Shown here in pieces: positions 1 through 9,871 of a stretch of 54,116 bases of DNA. Each line of letters opens with the position of its first letter. Within the stretch, counting starts at the first letter, position 1. Under the pieces are notes generated by a model. That model ran no database searches. It was not told the DNA's origin and saw only the letters and a list, made by a program, of their open reading frames with translations. The DNA is from an uncultured Lachnospiraceae bacterium (GTDB taxonomy: Bacteria > Bacillota > Clostridia > Oscillospirales > CAG-272), in assembly GCA_964416635.1 (NCBI GenBank), contig CAYQEY010000002.1:1-54116 (forward strand), in the 5' to 3' direction. Position numbers and translations under genes: made by a program.

Positions 1-608
1 CATCCAACCTCCTCCTGAACGGAGAATACAAAGTAAACATCGGCGTCAAGCTCGCATTTTGCAAGTCTTTGGGCAACTGCAAGAAGGACAAGACAGCCGA
101 CTCTGTCGTCGATCGGTCTGCCCGCAACTCGCTTTGAGCCGAGTCGATAAAGCTCGGGAGCTCCCATAAAAGCGTCTCCGATGCGAACTCTGCGTTCAGC
201 CTGCGCCCTGCTCGAAGCGCCGATATCGATAAACATTTTGTCGGGAGCAAATTCCTCGGGCTTGGTTCTCGAATTGGGAACGAACACACCGACGACTCCG
301 CTCTCGGACACCATCTTACTGAAGGACGAAGCCACAAAGCTGATGCCTCCGATGGGAGCGACCCTGATAAGTCCGTTATCCTCGATGAAATTAACGATAA
401 ATCCGATCTCGTCCATATGAGCGCAGAGCATTATTCTCTTTTCGCCTGTGCGACCCTTTTTAAGTGCTATGAGATTTCCGAGTGCATCGACCTCCGTTGT
501 ATCCGTAAGACCTTCTATCTTGCTCTTTATTACCTCTCTGATCTGCGTCTCTCTTCCCGATATGGAATGAGCGGCGCAGAGCTCTTTGAGTGTTGTATAT
601 AAATTCAT
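1..608 (-). CDS. M42 family (FrvX/YsdC/CelM-like) aminopeptidase, N-terminal part; the gene runs off the window
   Basis: My own reverse translation from ATG at 606-608 gives MNLYTTLKELCAAHSISGRE...MLCAHMDEIGF...GRPIDDRVGC...FSVQEEVG, the M42 signature. A GGAGAG SD lies upstream. It is absent from the ORF track because it is truncated by the window edge. Confidence 0.8.
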   Translation of the reverse strand, partial: MNLYTTLKELCAAHSISGRETQIREVIKSKIEGLTDTTEVDALGNLIALKKGRTGEKRIMLCAHMDEIGFIVNFIEDNGLIRVAPIGGISFVASSFSKMVSESGVVGVFVPNSRTKPEEFAPDKMFIDIGASSRAQAERRVRIGDAFMGAPELYRLGSKRVAGRPIDDRVGCLVLLAVAQRLAKCELDADVYFVFSVQEEVG

Positions 609-623
609 AGCTCTCTCCTGTTT

Positions 624-1865
624 TTACTCTTCGATGCCGAGAATTTCTTTGATCACGGGAAGAAGCGTGTCAGCCGCTGCCCTGTGTCCTTCGACCGTGG
701 GGTGTCCCTGAGCACCGCCGGTGCTTTTGGGAACCTGACACATATAAATTCCTGCGTCCTCTCCGCCGAGGCTGTCAATTGCGCCCTTGATCTCATTATA
801 CAGGTAGGTTCCGACAAAGCCGTATGCCCATACTATCGGAACATTCTCACCGTACGAATCGCGTACAAGCTCAATGAACTCCTCGGTCTTTTGTCTTACT
901 TCAGCGGGCTTACACATATTGGGGTCCTTGTTCTTGTTGAGGAAGTAGTCGTTAGTACCGAGATTTATAACAATGATATCGGGAGTACGGAGGAAGAAGC
1001 TGTGATCCTCATCGAACTTCTTATCCAGCTTGCCGCGTGAGTAGGACGCCTTGGTATAGAAATCAAACAGCGGGTCATACCAGCTTCCTGCAATACCTAT
1101 ACCGCTCTGAGAAATAATCGAGTAATCTGCGTCAAGGTCTTGCGCTATCATATATCCGTAGCTCTGCGTTGCGTCTTCCCAAATAGGTGTCTGAGGTTTT
1201 TCACTCGAATTTACGCCCAAATTACCCATGCCGCAGGTAAGGCTGTCACCTATGACCTCGATGTAAAGCTGCTTCTGCTCGGGCGGTGTCGTCAGCTCAC
1301 CCTCAATCTTTATCGATCTGATCTCGCAAATTGTGTAGTTTGACTCGGTCTGCTTGACCACGGTTATGGTGTGCTCGCCCTCTTCAATGAAATTGGCTAT
1401 CTTCAGCTCGGTCGCGCCGGGTTCTACGGAAAGTCTGTAAGGCTGACGCTCGCCGTCGATGTATATCGTAAAGTAAGTAGTTGTGCATCCCGATTTAACC
1501 CCCGAAGTAACAACATCAATGTATACCGCATTTTTCATCGTTCCGCAGAATTCAATTCCGGACGCGCTGTGGTCACAAATAATTCCGTTGTCGGACAAAG
1601 TGGTTCTGCCCAGAGTCTTTACCATACTCCACTTGCTGGCGAGATCTACCGTTATCTGTCCTTCGGGGACCTTTTCGGTAGGCTTTTCGGTGGGCTTTGC
1701 GGTAGTCTTTTCGGTGGTCTTTTGAGTAGAGGCTTCAGTGTCTTTCATTTCCGTGCTCTCCTGTTGAGTTTCTGAGTTGTTCGAACTGTCGTTACATGCA
1801 ATAAGTGAAACGGGCGTCATAGTGATGACCAAAAGAATTGCCAAGATCCTAAATAATTTTTTCAT
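624..1865 (-). CDS. Lipoprotein esterase with CE2-like architecture (N-terminal beta-sandwich plus C-terminal SGNH/GDSL hydrolase)
   Basis: Signal peptide with lipobox (SLIAC), then a Thr/Lys/Pro-rich linker. A jelly-roll-like region precedes IGDSLTCGMG (block I); GTND and GHP..GH blocks follow. Confidence 0.75.
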   Translation of the reverse strand: MKKLFRILAILLVITMTPVSLIACNDSSNNSETQQESTEMKDTEASTQKTTEKTTAKPTEKPTEKVPEGQITVDLASKWSMVKTLGRTTLSDNGIICDHSASGIEFCGTMKNAVYIDVVTSGVKSGCTTTYFTIYIDGERQPYRLSVEPGATELKIANFIEEGEHTITVVKQTESNYTICEIRSIKIEGELTTPPEQKQLYIEVIGDSLTCGMGNLGVNSSEKPQTPIWEDATQSYGYMIAQDLDADYSIISQSGIGIAGSWYDPLFDFYTKASYSRGKLDKKFDEDHSFFLRTPDIIVINLGTNDYFLNKNKDPNMCKPAEVRQKTEEFIELVRDSYGENVPIVWAYGFVGTYLYNEIKGAIDSLGGEDAGIYMCQVPKSTGGAQGHPTVEGHRAAADTLLPVIKEILGIEE

Positions 1866-1878
1866 AATATCTCCTCTT

Positions 1879-2967
1879 TCAATTTAATTTGTCGGAATTT
1901 CTTATAATCGCTTCCGCAAGATCTCTGACCGATTCATAGTCGTCAAGACTTGCCACGCAAGCGGGTGAGTGCAGATATCTTGTCGGCACCGAGATAGCCA
2001 ACGTCTTTACCCCTTCGGTGCTCTTGTGAATGTGTCCTGCGTCGTTGCCGCCCGAGACGTATCTCTTGAGCTGTGCGGCGATTCCGTTTTTGTTTGCCGT
2101 GTCTAATGCGAGATCAACGAACTCTCTGCCGTATATAGTCGAGCGATCGGCTATAGAAATAACCCCGCCCTTGCCGACGTCGGCAACCCGGCGGCACGCC
2201 TCGGTTTCGGGAAGGTCGCCTATTGCCGTCGTTTCGAGAACTATCGCGTAATCCGGACGGATAAGGCTTGCCACGCATCCCGCACCGCTGTATCCTATCT
2301 CCTCGCGAACTGTGAAGCAGAAATAAACGTCTGCATTTTTGTCGATAGGATCATCTTTGAGCGACTGCATTATCTCAAGCATAGCCGCACAACCCATTCT
2401 GTCGTCGAGTGCCTTCGATTTAAGCGTTCTGCCGCCCTTGCCGAATTCGTAAAATTCGGAATCGAAGGTGCCATAGTCCCCTATCGCCACGCTTTTCTCT
2501 GCCTCGGCGCGGCTCTCGGCTCCGATGTCTACGTACATTTTGCGAGCCTTTGTCGGTATCTCTCGTTCCTCCGGGCTCTTGTGGTGTATCGCCTTTGAGC
2601 AGATAACTCCCCTCACGAGCTTTTTCTCGTTTCCGACAAAAACCTTTCGCCCGGCAAGCACCGACGGATCTATGCCGCCGACGCATCCGAAGGTAAGCAT
2701 TCCGTCCTCTCGTATATCGGATACCATAAATCCGACCTCGTCCATGTGCGCCGAGACCATTATTTTCTTTCTGTCGGAAGAATTCAAATCTCCAAAGCTC
2801 ATAACGGCTATAAGATCGCCCATTCTGTCAACCGTCACGCGATCGGCGATAAGCTCAGCTCTCGGGCGTATCAGCTCTCTGACCCTGTCTTCACAGCCCG
2901 ACGGCCCGAATTCAAGGCTGAGTTCACGAATAAGCCCGACAGAACTCGGTTTTGTAATATCGCTCAC
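1879..2967 (-). CDS. M42 family aminopeptidase (paralog)
   Basis: Motifs SAHMDEVGFMV, KALDDRMGC and FTVREEIG. I place the start at GTG (V24 of the tracked ORF), preceded by AAAGGAGG and overlapping the upstream stop as GTGA. Confidence 0.85.
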   Translation of the reverse strand: MSDITKPSSVGLIRELSLEFGPSGCEDRVRELIRPRAELIADRVTVDRMGDLIAVMSFGDLNSSDRKKIMVSAHMDEVGFMVSDIREDGMLTFGCVGGIDPSVLAGRKVFVGNEKKLVRGVICSKAIHHKSPEEREIPTKARKMYVDIGAESRAEAEKSVAIGDYGTFDSEFYEFGKGGRTLKSKALDDRMGCAAMLEIMQSLKDDPIDKNADVYFCFTVREEIGYSGAGCVASLIRPDYAIVLETTAIGDLPETEACRRVADVGKGGVISIADRSTIYGREFVDLALDTANKNGIAAQLKRYVSGGNDAGHIHKSTEGVKTLAISVPTRYLHSPACVASLDDYESVRDLAEAIIRNSDKLN

Positions 2968-4097
2968 ATTATCGCCTCCTTTCCGAATCTCTCCGCGATC
3001 TCTGCAGAACAGATAAACTCTCTGACCGCTCCGCAAAGAACGTTGCAGTCGTCAAGATTTATAACTTCATTATAGGTATGCATATTCCTCAGCGGCAGAC
3101 CTATATCCACCGTGGGCACTCCGTTTCGCACAAGGTTCACGGTCGGAGCGTTTGTCCCCGTGTCGGAAGGTGCCGCAGATGGAATTACCGGAAGTCCGCA
3201 AGAGCGGTAAAGCTCCGCAGTCATCCTCGTTAGGTCTCTGTGCGTAGCTGCCGAATAGGTCACCGACACTCCCCCGCCCATCTTTACCGATTCATTTGGC
3301 GGAACGTCGGGCGCGCTGCCGAGGTTTACGTCTATAACCAGCGCATAGTCGGGTTCGACCTTAAAAGTTGCGGACAGTGCGCCGCCGAGCATCGAGGTCT
3401 CCTCCCTTGCCGAGAAGCAAAGATAAACGTCGCCCGCAAGCTCCTCTCTCGGCGTATCTATAACCGCTCTTGCCGCGATCGCTCCACATGCCTTATCATC
3501 AAAACTCTTGCCCGCGATATATTTTTCTCCAAGCTCGGAGTATGCCGTGGCACAAACGATAGGACTGCCTACGGGCACAAGCTCGCGAAGCTCGTCGAGC
3601 GTGTATCCGAGTCCGACGTCAACCAGCAATTCGTCTACGGGTGTGAGCTTTGCATCCTTGCCTGCACGGAGATGCGGCGGTGTTGATATCACCACTCCTC
3701 TCAATTCTTCCTTGCCGCAAACGACAACGTCAGCCGCCTGCATTATGGCAGGGTCTATACCGCCGACCCTTACCATCCTCAAAAATCCGCCTTCCGGCAC
3801 ATCGGCAACCATCATACCGACCTCGTCGAAATGAGCGTCTACAAGTATTTTGGGTGCGTTCTCTTTGCCGCATTTGCGAACGAGCAGCTGATTGCCGACA
3901 AGATCCGTCTTTATCTCGTCGAAATATTGAGAATATATCTCCCTGACTCTGTCGGACGCTCTGTATTCAAAGCCCGAAAGCGACGGTATCGAGCAAAGTC
4001 TGATCATATCCTCCTTCAGGCACTCGCGGCTTGCGTATACCTTCACCGCCTCGGATTCTTCAGAAGATTCGGTGCCCTTGGTTTCTTCGTTCTCCAT
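2964..4097 (-). CDS. M42 family aminopeptidase (paralog)
   Basis: Motifs DAHFDEVGMMV, KSFDDKACG and FSAREETS. The start is moved to M8 (MENEETKG), which has AAAGGAGGG 5 nt upstream, right after the comM stop. Confidence 0.85.
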   Translation of the reverse strand: MENEETKGTESSEESEAVKVYASRECLKEDMIRLCSIPSLSGFEYRASDRVREIYSQYFDEIKTDLVGNQLLVRKCGKENAPKILVDAHFDEVGMMVADVPEGGFLRMVRVGGIDPAIMQAADVVVCGKEELRGVVISTPPHLRAGKDAKLTPVDELLVDVGLGYTLDELRELVPVGSPIVCATAYSELGEKYIAGKSFDDKACGAIAARAVIDTPREELAGDVYLCFSAREETSMLGGALSATFKVEPDYALVIDVNLGSAPDVPPNESVKMGGGVSVTYSAATHRDLTRMTAELYRSCGLPVIPSAAPSDTGTNAPTVNLVRNGVPTVDIGLPLRNMHTYNEVINLDDCNVLCGAVREFICSAEIAERFGKEAIM

Positions 4098-4108
4098 ATT
4101 ACCCTCCT

Positions 4109-5656
4109 TTAACCCCAATATTTTTTATCGAGGCTTCTGTACTGTATAGCCTCGGCTATATGGTTTGCTTTTATAGTCTCGGACCTGTCCATATCCGCTA
4201 TTGTACGCGCCACTCTCATGATACGGTCATATCCGCGTGCCGACATTCCCATGCGCTCATACGCCGCCTTAAGTATCGCACTTGCGGCAGGCTCCATAAC
4301 ACAATATTTTCTTATCAACGCAGAGTCAAGCTGAGCATTGCACCAAACCTTACGCTCCCGCTCCTCATTCATCCGTTCAAGTGCAAATTTGCGTGCCGCA
4401 TTTACCCGTTCGCGTATCACCGCCGAGCTCTCGGCAGGTGCGCTTGACTGTGCAAGCTCGTCGTAAGAGAGCGACGGAAGCTCTATTTGTATGTCTATTC
4501 TGTCAAGCATCGGACCGCTTATCTTGGATATGTATCGCTTAACGTCGTTGGGATGGCAGGTGCAGGGCTTTGTCGGATGTCCGAAGTAACCGCATCTGCA
4601 GGGGTTCATGGCAGCCACAAGCATAAACGAGCAAGGATACGTGACTCTGCCGTTTGCGCGAGTTATTGTGACGCATCTGTCCTCAAGCGGCTGACGGAGC
4701 GCATCGGTCACATGCTTTGGGAACTCGGGAAGCTCATCCAAAAACAAAACTCCGTTATGCGCGAGCGACACCTCACCCGGAAGCGGATTTATTCCGCCTC
4801 CGACAAGACTTGCCGAACTCATCGTGTGGTGCGGAGATCGGAACGGTCTTTGTGAGATAAGCGAAACTCCGCTCTTGAGAACTCCCGCCACAGAATGTAT
4901 CTTTGTGCACTCTATAGCCTCTGCGAAATCAAGCGGCGGCATGATGGTCGGAATACGCTTGGCAAGCATCGACTTTCCGGTTCCCGGAGGACCTATGAGC
5001 AATATATTGTGACCTCCCGCAGCGGCTATCTCTATAGCTCTCTTTGCCATCGCCTGACCTTTGACGTCTGCAAAATCAAGAGCACTGTTTCGAACTGCCG
5101 CCTCAAATGCGTTCCTGTCACATTTGACGGGTTCAAGTGGCTTCTCACCATTGAGATGCATGACGAGATCCCTGACACACGCGACTGAATAAACCGTTAT
5201 ACCGTCGACTGCCGCCGCCTCGCCCGCATTCTCTGCAGGTGCGTAAAATTCTTTAAGACCTGCATCTCTCGCGGCAACACACATACAGAGTACTCCGCGC
5301 ACACCGCGAAGCTCTCCCGAGAGCGAGAGCTCGCCGACAAAGCATTTGTCTGAAAAATCGACCTCTTGACCGAGAATCCCTCCGCAACGCATAATACCCA
5401 TAAGTATTGCCGTATCAAACCCCGAGCCCTCTTTTTTGCGGTCAGCAGGGGCAAGGTTCAGCATAAGCTCCACGGACGGAAAATGAAATCCGCTGTTTTC
5501 ACACGCGGTACGAACTCTCTCTTTCGCCTCCTTTACGGCAAGGTCGGGCAGACCGACAAGCTGAAAATCGGGTATTCTTGAGCGCGCGTTACACTCGACC
5601 GTAACGATATAGCCGTCAATGCCGAAAAGTCCTGCGCTGTAAACGGTGGATAGCAT
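4109..5656 (-). CDS. comM: YifB/ComM family Mg-chelatase-like ATPase
   Basis: Lon-like N-terminal domain ([11 protein letters not shown]), Walker A GPPGTGKS, and the C-terminal ChlI/MCM-like region. The start is at M10 with a GGAGG SD. Confidence 0.9.
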   Translation of the reverse strand: MLSTVYSAGLFGIDGYIVTVECNARSRIPDFQLVGLPDLAVKEAKERVRTACENSGFHFPSVELMLNLAPADRKKEGSGFDTAILMGIMRCGGILGQEVDFSDKCFVGELSLSGELRGVRGVLCMCVAARDAGLKEFYAPAENAGEAAAVDGITVYSVACVRDLVMHLNGEKPLEPVKCDRNAFEAAVRNSALDFADVKGQAMAKRAIEIAAAGGHNILLIGPPGTGKSMLAKRIPTIMPPLDFAEAIECTKIHSVAGVLKSGVSLISQRPFRSPHHTMSSASLVGGGINPLPGEVSLAHNGVLFLDELPEFPKHVTDALRQPLEDRCVTITRANGRVTYPCSFMLVAAMNPCRCGYFGHPTKPCTCHPNDVKRYISKISGPMLDRIDIQIELPSLSYDELAQSSAPAESSAVIRERVNAARKFALERMNEERERKVWCNAQLDSALIRKYCVMEPAASAILKAAYERMGMSARGYDRIMRVARTIADMDRSETIKANHIAEAIQYRSLDKKYWG

Positions 5657-5761
5657 ATTCCTTCCTCCCCAAAATCTATACACATCTATTTTAGCACATT
5701 TTTTCGGATTTTACAATAGATATATAAAAAACTTTGTGTCATAATTGTTTTTCCCGAACTC

Positions 5762-5790
5762 TTGACATTTTCGGAGCAGAGTGATATAAT
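5762..5790 (+). promoter_or_regulatory. Sigma-A type promoter (TTGACA-17-TATAAT with TGn extension)
   Basis: TTGACA at 5762-5767 and TATAAT at 5785-5790 with a 17-nt spacer, about 30 nt upstream of the AGGAGG and ATG of the 5821 gene. Confidence 0.6.
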
Positions 5791-5820
5791 CAAGTCAAAT
5801 AAAATCAGGAGGCCCATTAT

Positions 5821-6555
5821 ATGAAAAACATAATAGTTGAGGGACACCGCGGATACTGCGCGAAATACCCCGAAAATACGCTTATATCTTTTAAGGCAGC
5901 ACTTGAGCTCGGCGTTGACGCATTCGAATTTGATGTATGGCTTACGTCGGATAAGGTTCCGGTAATCATGCACGACGGAAACGCTCTGCGCACTTGCGGA
6001 GTTGACCGTCACGTGCGCGATATGACGCTTGAAGAGGTAAAGCAGCTTGAGCCCTGCTATTCCGAAAAATTCGGAGACACATACAAAGGACTGGGGCTTA
6101 CCGTCCCCACGCTTGAGGAAACACTTGAGCTTGCAACGAGCCTGCGCCCCGATATTCTTTTCGGAGTTGAGATAAAGGAATATACCGAGGAAAACGTTGA
6201 TCTCACCGTCGCTCTTCTAAAAAAATACGGCGTGTTTGACCGTTGCTGGTTCTATGCATTCAACGGCAGAATTATCAAATACATCAAGGAAAAGTACAAC
6301 GGACGCACGATGGGTTACCCCGATATACAGATGAAGGAATTTGATCCCGATTCGTACAATTACTACGAAGAGATAGGACTTTCGATGATGTTCGTCAGAT
6401 CCGAGCTTTGCGAGTTTTACGTTAATAAAGGTATGCCCGTTCATATGTACTGTGCCGATAACGAGGAAGACGTTCGTCTTTGCATCGATCGCGGTGCCGA
6501 CCTCATCACGGCAAACGACCCCGTTCCGCTGATGAAAGTTCTCGGCAGACTTTAA
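5821..6555 (+). CDS. Glycerophosphodiester phosphodiesterase (GDPD family)
   Basis: N-terminal EGHRGYCAKYPENTLISF...DAFEFDVWLTSDKVPVIMHD is the GDPD catalytic signature. Confidence 0.85.
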   Translation: MKNIIVEGHRGYCAKYPENTLISFKAALELGVDAFEFDVWLTSDKVPVIMHDGNALRTCGVDRHVRDMTLEEVKQLEPCYSEKFGDTYKGLGLTVPTLEETLELATSLRPDILFGVEIKEYTEENVDLTVALLKKYGVFDRCWFYAFNGRIIKYIKEKYNGRTMGYPDIQMKEFDPDSYNYYEEIGLSMMFVRSELCEFYVNKGMPVHMYCADNEEDVRLCIDRGADLITANDPVPLMKVLGRL

Positions 6556-6665
6556 AAAACAGTACATCCCGCGCGCAGCTTTTCCTGCTGGGGGTGACTG
6601 AGATCCCGGCTTTCAAAACAACAAACTTTTTAAGTGGCTTTTGCACCGGCTTTATAAAAAACAAG

Positions 6666-6710
6666 AAGCTTTCTCGGCAGCGATGAACTGTCTGAGAAAG
6701 CTTTCTTATT
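6666..6710. terminator. Bidirectional intrinsic terminator hairpin between convergent genes; member of a repeated hairpin family
   Basis: Stem AAGCTTTCTCGG / CTGAGAAAGCTT (one G-T wobble) with T-rich tracts on both sides. Nearly the same stem and loop recur at about 42686 and about 42845. Confidence 0.6.
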
Positions 6711-6789
6711 TCGTTATATTTCCCAATGGTAATTTCATTGAGCGCAGTGTTTTACAACAGACACTCAGACCTCGACTGACACAAACCGC

Positions 6790-7578
6790 TTACCACTTGT
6801 ATCTGATATCGGTGCCTATAAAGCCCACTGTTTTAAAGTCATCGGGATTATGACGCACGATATAATCGATATACGAATCGACCAACCGGGCGGTTACGAT
6901 ATAGCCCTTCGGATCAAGGTGTCCGAGCAAAAAGTAATTCTTTCTGAATTCTTCGTCGTATTCCGGTCCGTATTCATAAAGGTCTATCACGTACGAGTTG
7001 TCAAAGATCTCGCACAGCCCGTAGAGAAGCTCACGCATGCGAAGCGTATCGGCGTCACCGATTCGGTGAGTCTCGCGCGGAAATGTCATAAAGAAGAACT
7101 TCGCGTCCGGACTTATCTCTTTATAACGGCTGATTATCATAGCGTAATATCCGATAAAGGTCTTTGCGTTTTTCGTATAGTCCTCAGGATGAACATCCTC
7201 AAGCGAACCTATAGGCATCCTTCCATTGCTGATATCATTGACACCGAGTGCGATAACGTACGCCTGTGCCGCCTTGTCGGCATCCCAAAAGCCTCTTTGC
7301 TCGGCAAATTGCTCGATATACTCCTTGGCAGTCATGCCGCCGCGCGAGAAATTATACGCCAAAAGTCCGTTATTGCGGGCTATATACTGTCCCCAGGAAT
7401 ACTCAAAAATGTCGTGGTATGCCTTATTTCCCTGCGGATCGCAGGTCTCAAATTCACCTGACGACAGGCTGTCGCCTATGAAAGCGATCGTTCTGAAAAC
7501 AGACGTATAGCTGTATGAGCCCACAAGTCTGTCGAGTGGCTTTTCGTCCTTTGCGTAAAGTTCTTTACTCCAATCCAT
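6790..7578 (-). CDS. SGNH/GDSL hydrolase (esterase)
   Basis: FIGDSLSSGEF (block I), GVNDI (block III), GHLDPKG (block V-like). Confidence 0.75.
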   Translation of the reverse strand: MDWSKELYAKDEKPLDRLVGSYSYTSVFRTIAFIGDSLSSGEFETCDPQGNKAYHDIFEYSWGQYIARNNGLLAYNFSRGGMTAKEYIEQFAEQRGFWDADKAAQAYVIALGVNDISNGRMPIGSLEDVHPEDYTKNAKTFIGYYAMIISRYKEISPDAKFFFMTFPRETHRIGDADTLRMRELLYGLCEIFDNSYVIDLYEYGPEYDEEFRKNYFLLGHLDPKGYIVTARLVDSYIDYIVRHNPDDFKTVGFIGTDIRYKW

Positions 7579-7580
7579 AC

Positions 7581-7985
7581 TTATATCTCCTTAAAAAATT
7601 CGACTTCTTCCCCATCCGGTCCGACAACAAAAGCGATATTTATTGACATATTATCGGGGTATGAATCGAGTGTGATCACCTTCGGCGCGGTATGCTCGCC
7701 GAATCCCGCCGCTATTGCCGCGGAATACGCCGCATCAACGTTGTCAACGCGCAGGGCAAAATGCTGCCATTTGCCGGTTACGCTGTAATCGTCCGAGCCG
7801 TTCGCAAAAAGCTCGATTCTGCCTCCGTCTCCGATATCCAGCATAACGATGAGTCCATCTCCCTCGCCCCAACGAACTATCTCACACATTCCGAGAGCCT
7901 TGTACATGGCAAGGCTCTTTTCTATATCCTTGCATTTAAGCGCAATATGGTGAAATCCCATACCCTTGATAACATTATCGGACAT
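7581..7985 (-). CDS. VOC (glyoxalase/bleomycin-resistance/dioxygenase) family protein
   Basis: About 134 aa with GFHHIALKCKDIEKS...WQHFALRVDNVD paired beta-alpha-beta-beta-beta module motifs. Confidence 0.7.
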   Translation of the reverse strand: MSDNVIKGMGFHHIALKCKDIEKSLAMYKALGMCEIVRWGEGDGLIVMLDIGDGGRIELFANGSDDYSVTGKWQHFALRVDNVDAAYSAAIAAGFGEHTAPKVITLDSYPDNMSINIAFVVGPDGEEVEFFKEI

Positions 7986-7988
7986 AAA

Positions 7989-8903
7989 TCATATTCCCTT
8001 CCATTCTTCCCGCCAATTTACACGAAGGTTATTTCCATCAAGCACGTCGATCTTGAGAATACTGTAACCCGAGCTCTTGAGATCATCCGGATGCCAATGA
8101 TCGAGCATGAGATAAAAATCTCCGTTCACCTCGAATATGTACGAGCTCTGTCCGTCAAAGGTAGTATCCATCTTCTCGCCGCGGCAGGGATTGTCGATAA
8201 GCTTCCACTTGCCGAGCAGATACTCACAGCGCGCGAAAAGGGCCTGATTGGGAAGCCAACCCGTGCATCCCGAGCTTATCATATAATACATTCCGTCCTT
8301 GTAAAAAAGCGCGGGGGCTTCTCTTTCCTGATCTACCAAAATCGATACGTAAAATCCGTCAAGATCGGTATAATCGTCGTTAAGCCTTGCGATATTCATA
8401 GTCTTGTTCCAGTCCTTGGAATGTACAAGATAAGCCTTTCCGTCGATATCCTTGTATATCGTCATATCGCGGGAATCCTGCTTGTTCGGCTGTTTCGCGT
8501 AAAGAAATCTAAAAGGTCCCGTTGGGCTGTCCGACACCGCGACGGCGATCCCGCCGAAGACATAATCAGCGCTGTCTGCGTGTACCCAAAGCACGAAATT
8601 GTTGTTTTTCTCGTTGTATATTACCTTCGGACGCTCAAATACCTTTTTGTAGTAGAGGGGACTGCTTGGGTCGTCCTTGTTGCTCTCGAGCACCAAACCC
8701 TCGTACTTCCAGTCGTGAAGATCTTTTGACGAATAGCAGGAAACGCCGATAACGTCAACGCGGCGTGTGCCGGGGCAGTTATCTGCACCCTTGTGCTCTC
8801 CGTACCAATAGTATGTTCCATTATGCTCGATAATACAGCCGCCGTGCGCCTGAATATCGTTTCCGTCCACATCCTGCCAAATAACTCCGTTTTTCATTTG
8901 CAC
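7989..8903 (-). CDS. Glycoside hydrolase family 43
   Basis: N-terminus ...DGNDIQAHGGCIIEHNGTYYWYGE, typical of the five-bladed propeller GH43 (resembles the exo-beta-1,3-galactanase-type subfamily as I recall it). Tightly packed in an operon. Confidence 0.75.
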   Translation of the reverse strand: MQMKNGVIWQDVDGNDIQAHGGCIIEHNGTYYWYGEHKGADNCPGTRRVDVIGVSCYSSKDLHDWKYEGLVLESNKDDPSSPLYYKKVFERPKVIYNEKNNNFVLWVHADSADYVFGGIAVAVSDSPTGPFRFLYAKQPNKQDSRDMTIYKDIDGKAYLVHSKDWNKTMNIARLNDDYTDLDGFYVSILVDQEREAPALFYKDGMYYMISSGCTGWLPNQALFARCEYLLGKWKLIDNPCRGEKMDTTFDGQSSYIFEVNGDFYLMLDHWHPDDLKSSGYSILKIDVLDGNNLRVNWREEWKGI

Positions 8904-8904
8904 C

Positions 8905-9870
8905 TCATATTATTTCTGTTCTTTTTCCTTTGCTTTCATACGCGGCGAGTATCAACTTTATTACCTTAGCGCCTTCTTTGCCGTCGATGGAAAATTTTCT
9001 TCCGCTCTTTATACAGTCGTAAAAATCGGCGATAAGTGCCTCGTGTCCGCTTCCGTAGCAAGCCTTGCTGCGTGCCGCGTATCTCTCGTTAAAGGAGTGC
9101 AGTTCGTTACCCACGATGACCTGATTAGGCATGACCTTGATGCGCTCGCCGTCGGCAAACAGTGTAAGCTCTACCGGGCAATCGGTCACGCTTCCGTTGG
9201 AAGCGTTGAATATAAAGTTACTCTCTCCGTCGCAAATGAGCGTTGCCGTATCCTCTACCTCAATGCAATCGCCGAGCGTCAAATTTGATACGCTTGATGT
9301 AACAAAACTCGGCTCGCCACACATCCATATAAGCAGATCTAACGTGTGGAGTGCCTGATTTATCAGAACTCCGCCTCCCTCGGTACTCCATTTGCCTCTC
9401 CAATCACCCGATGCGTAGTATGCGGCATCACGGTGCCAGAGCACAAGTCCGTGAGCGTTTTTGACCTTCTTATCTTCAAGATATTCCTTAGCGTATACAT
9501 TTTCCGCGTTGTATCGGTTCTGCAAGCAGACTCCGAGCATTGCACCCGAGTGCTTCTCGGCATCAAGTATGCGGTCTATATCCTCACGCTTTATGCAAAG
9601 CGGCTTCTCGCACAGAACATTTATACCCTTATCCAACGCCTCTATTACCATGTCTGCGTGCAGATAGTGTGGCGTACAGATATGAACAACATCGGGACGG
9701 ACCGTCTCGAGCATCTCCGAGTAATCGGTATATCTCAGGCTCTCGTCAAACTCACAAAGCCTGCCGCTGTCGATATCGCAGACCGCGCACAGCTCGCCGT
9801 ATTCACGGGCTATGCGCGTATGCAGATGTCCGATAACTCCGTAACCTACCACGGCACAACGTAATTTCAC
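8905..9870 (-). CDS. Gfo/Idh/MocA family NAD(P)-dependent oxidoreductase
   Basis: MKLRCAVVGYGVIGHLH Rossmann start, EKPL motif (LCEKPLC), GGGVLINQALHTLDL. Confidence 0.85.
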   Translation of the reverse strand: MKLRCAVVGYGVIGHLHTRIAREYGELCAVCDIDSGRLCEFDESLRYTDYSEMLETVRPDVVHICTPHYLHADMVIEALDKGINVLCEKPLCIKREDIDRILDAEKHSGAMLGVCLQNRYNAENVYAKEYLEDKKVKNAHGLVLWHRDAAYYASGDWRGKWSTEGGGVLINQALHTLDLLIWMCGEPSFVTSSVSNLTLGDCIEVEDTATLICDGESNFIFNASNGSVTDCPVELTLFADGERIKVMPNQVIVGNELHSFNERYAARSKACYGSGHEALIADFYDCIKSGRKFSIDGKEGAKVIKLILAAYESKGKRTEII

Positions 9871-9871
9871 C

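Noticed and set aside
5686-6012. 108-aa minus-strand ORF between comM and the GDPD gene
   Set aside because: It overlaps the consensus promoter, the SD and the 5' end of the GDPD gene in antisense, and it is AT-rich and low-complexity with no SD.
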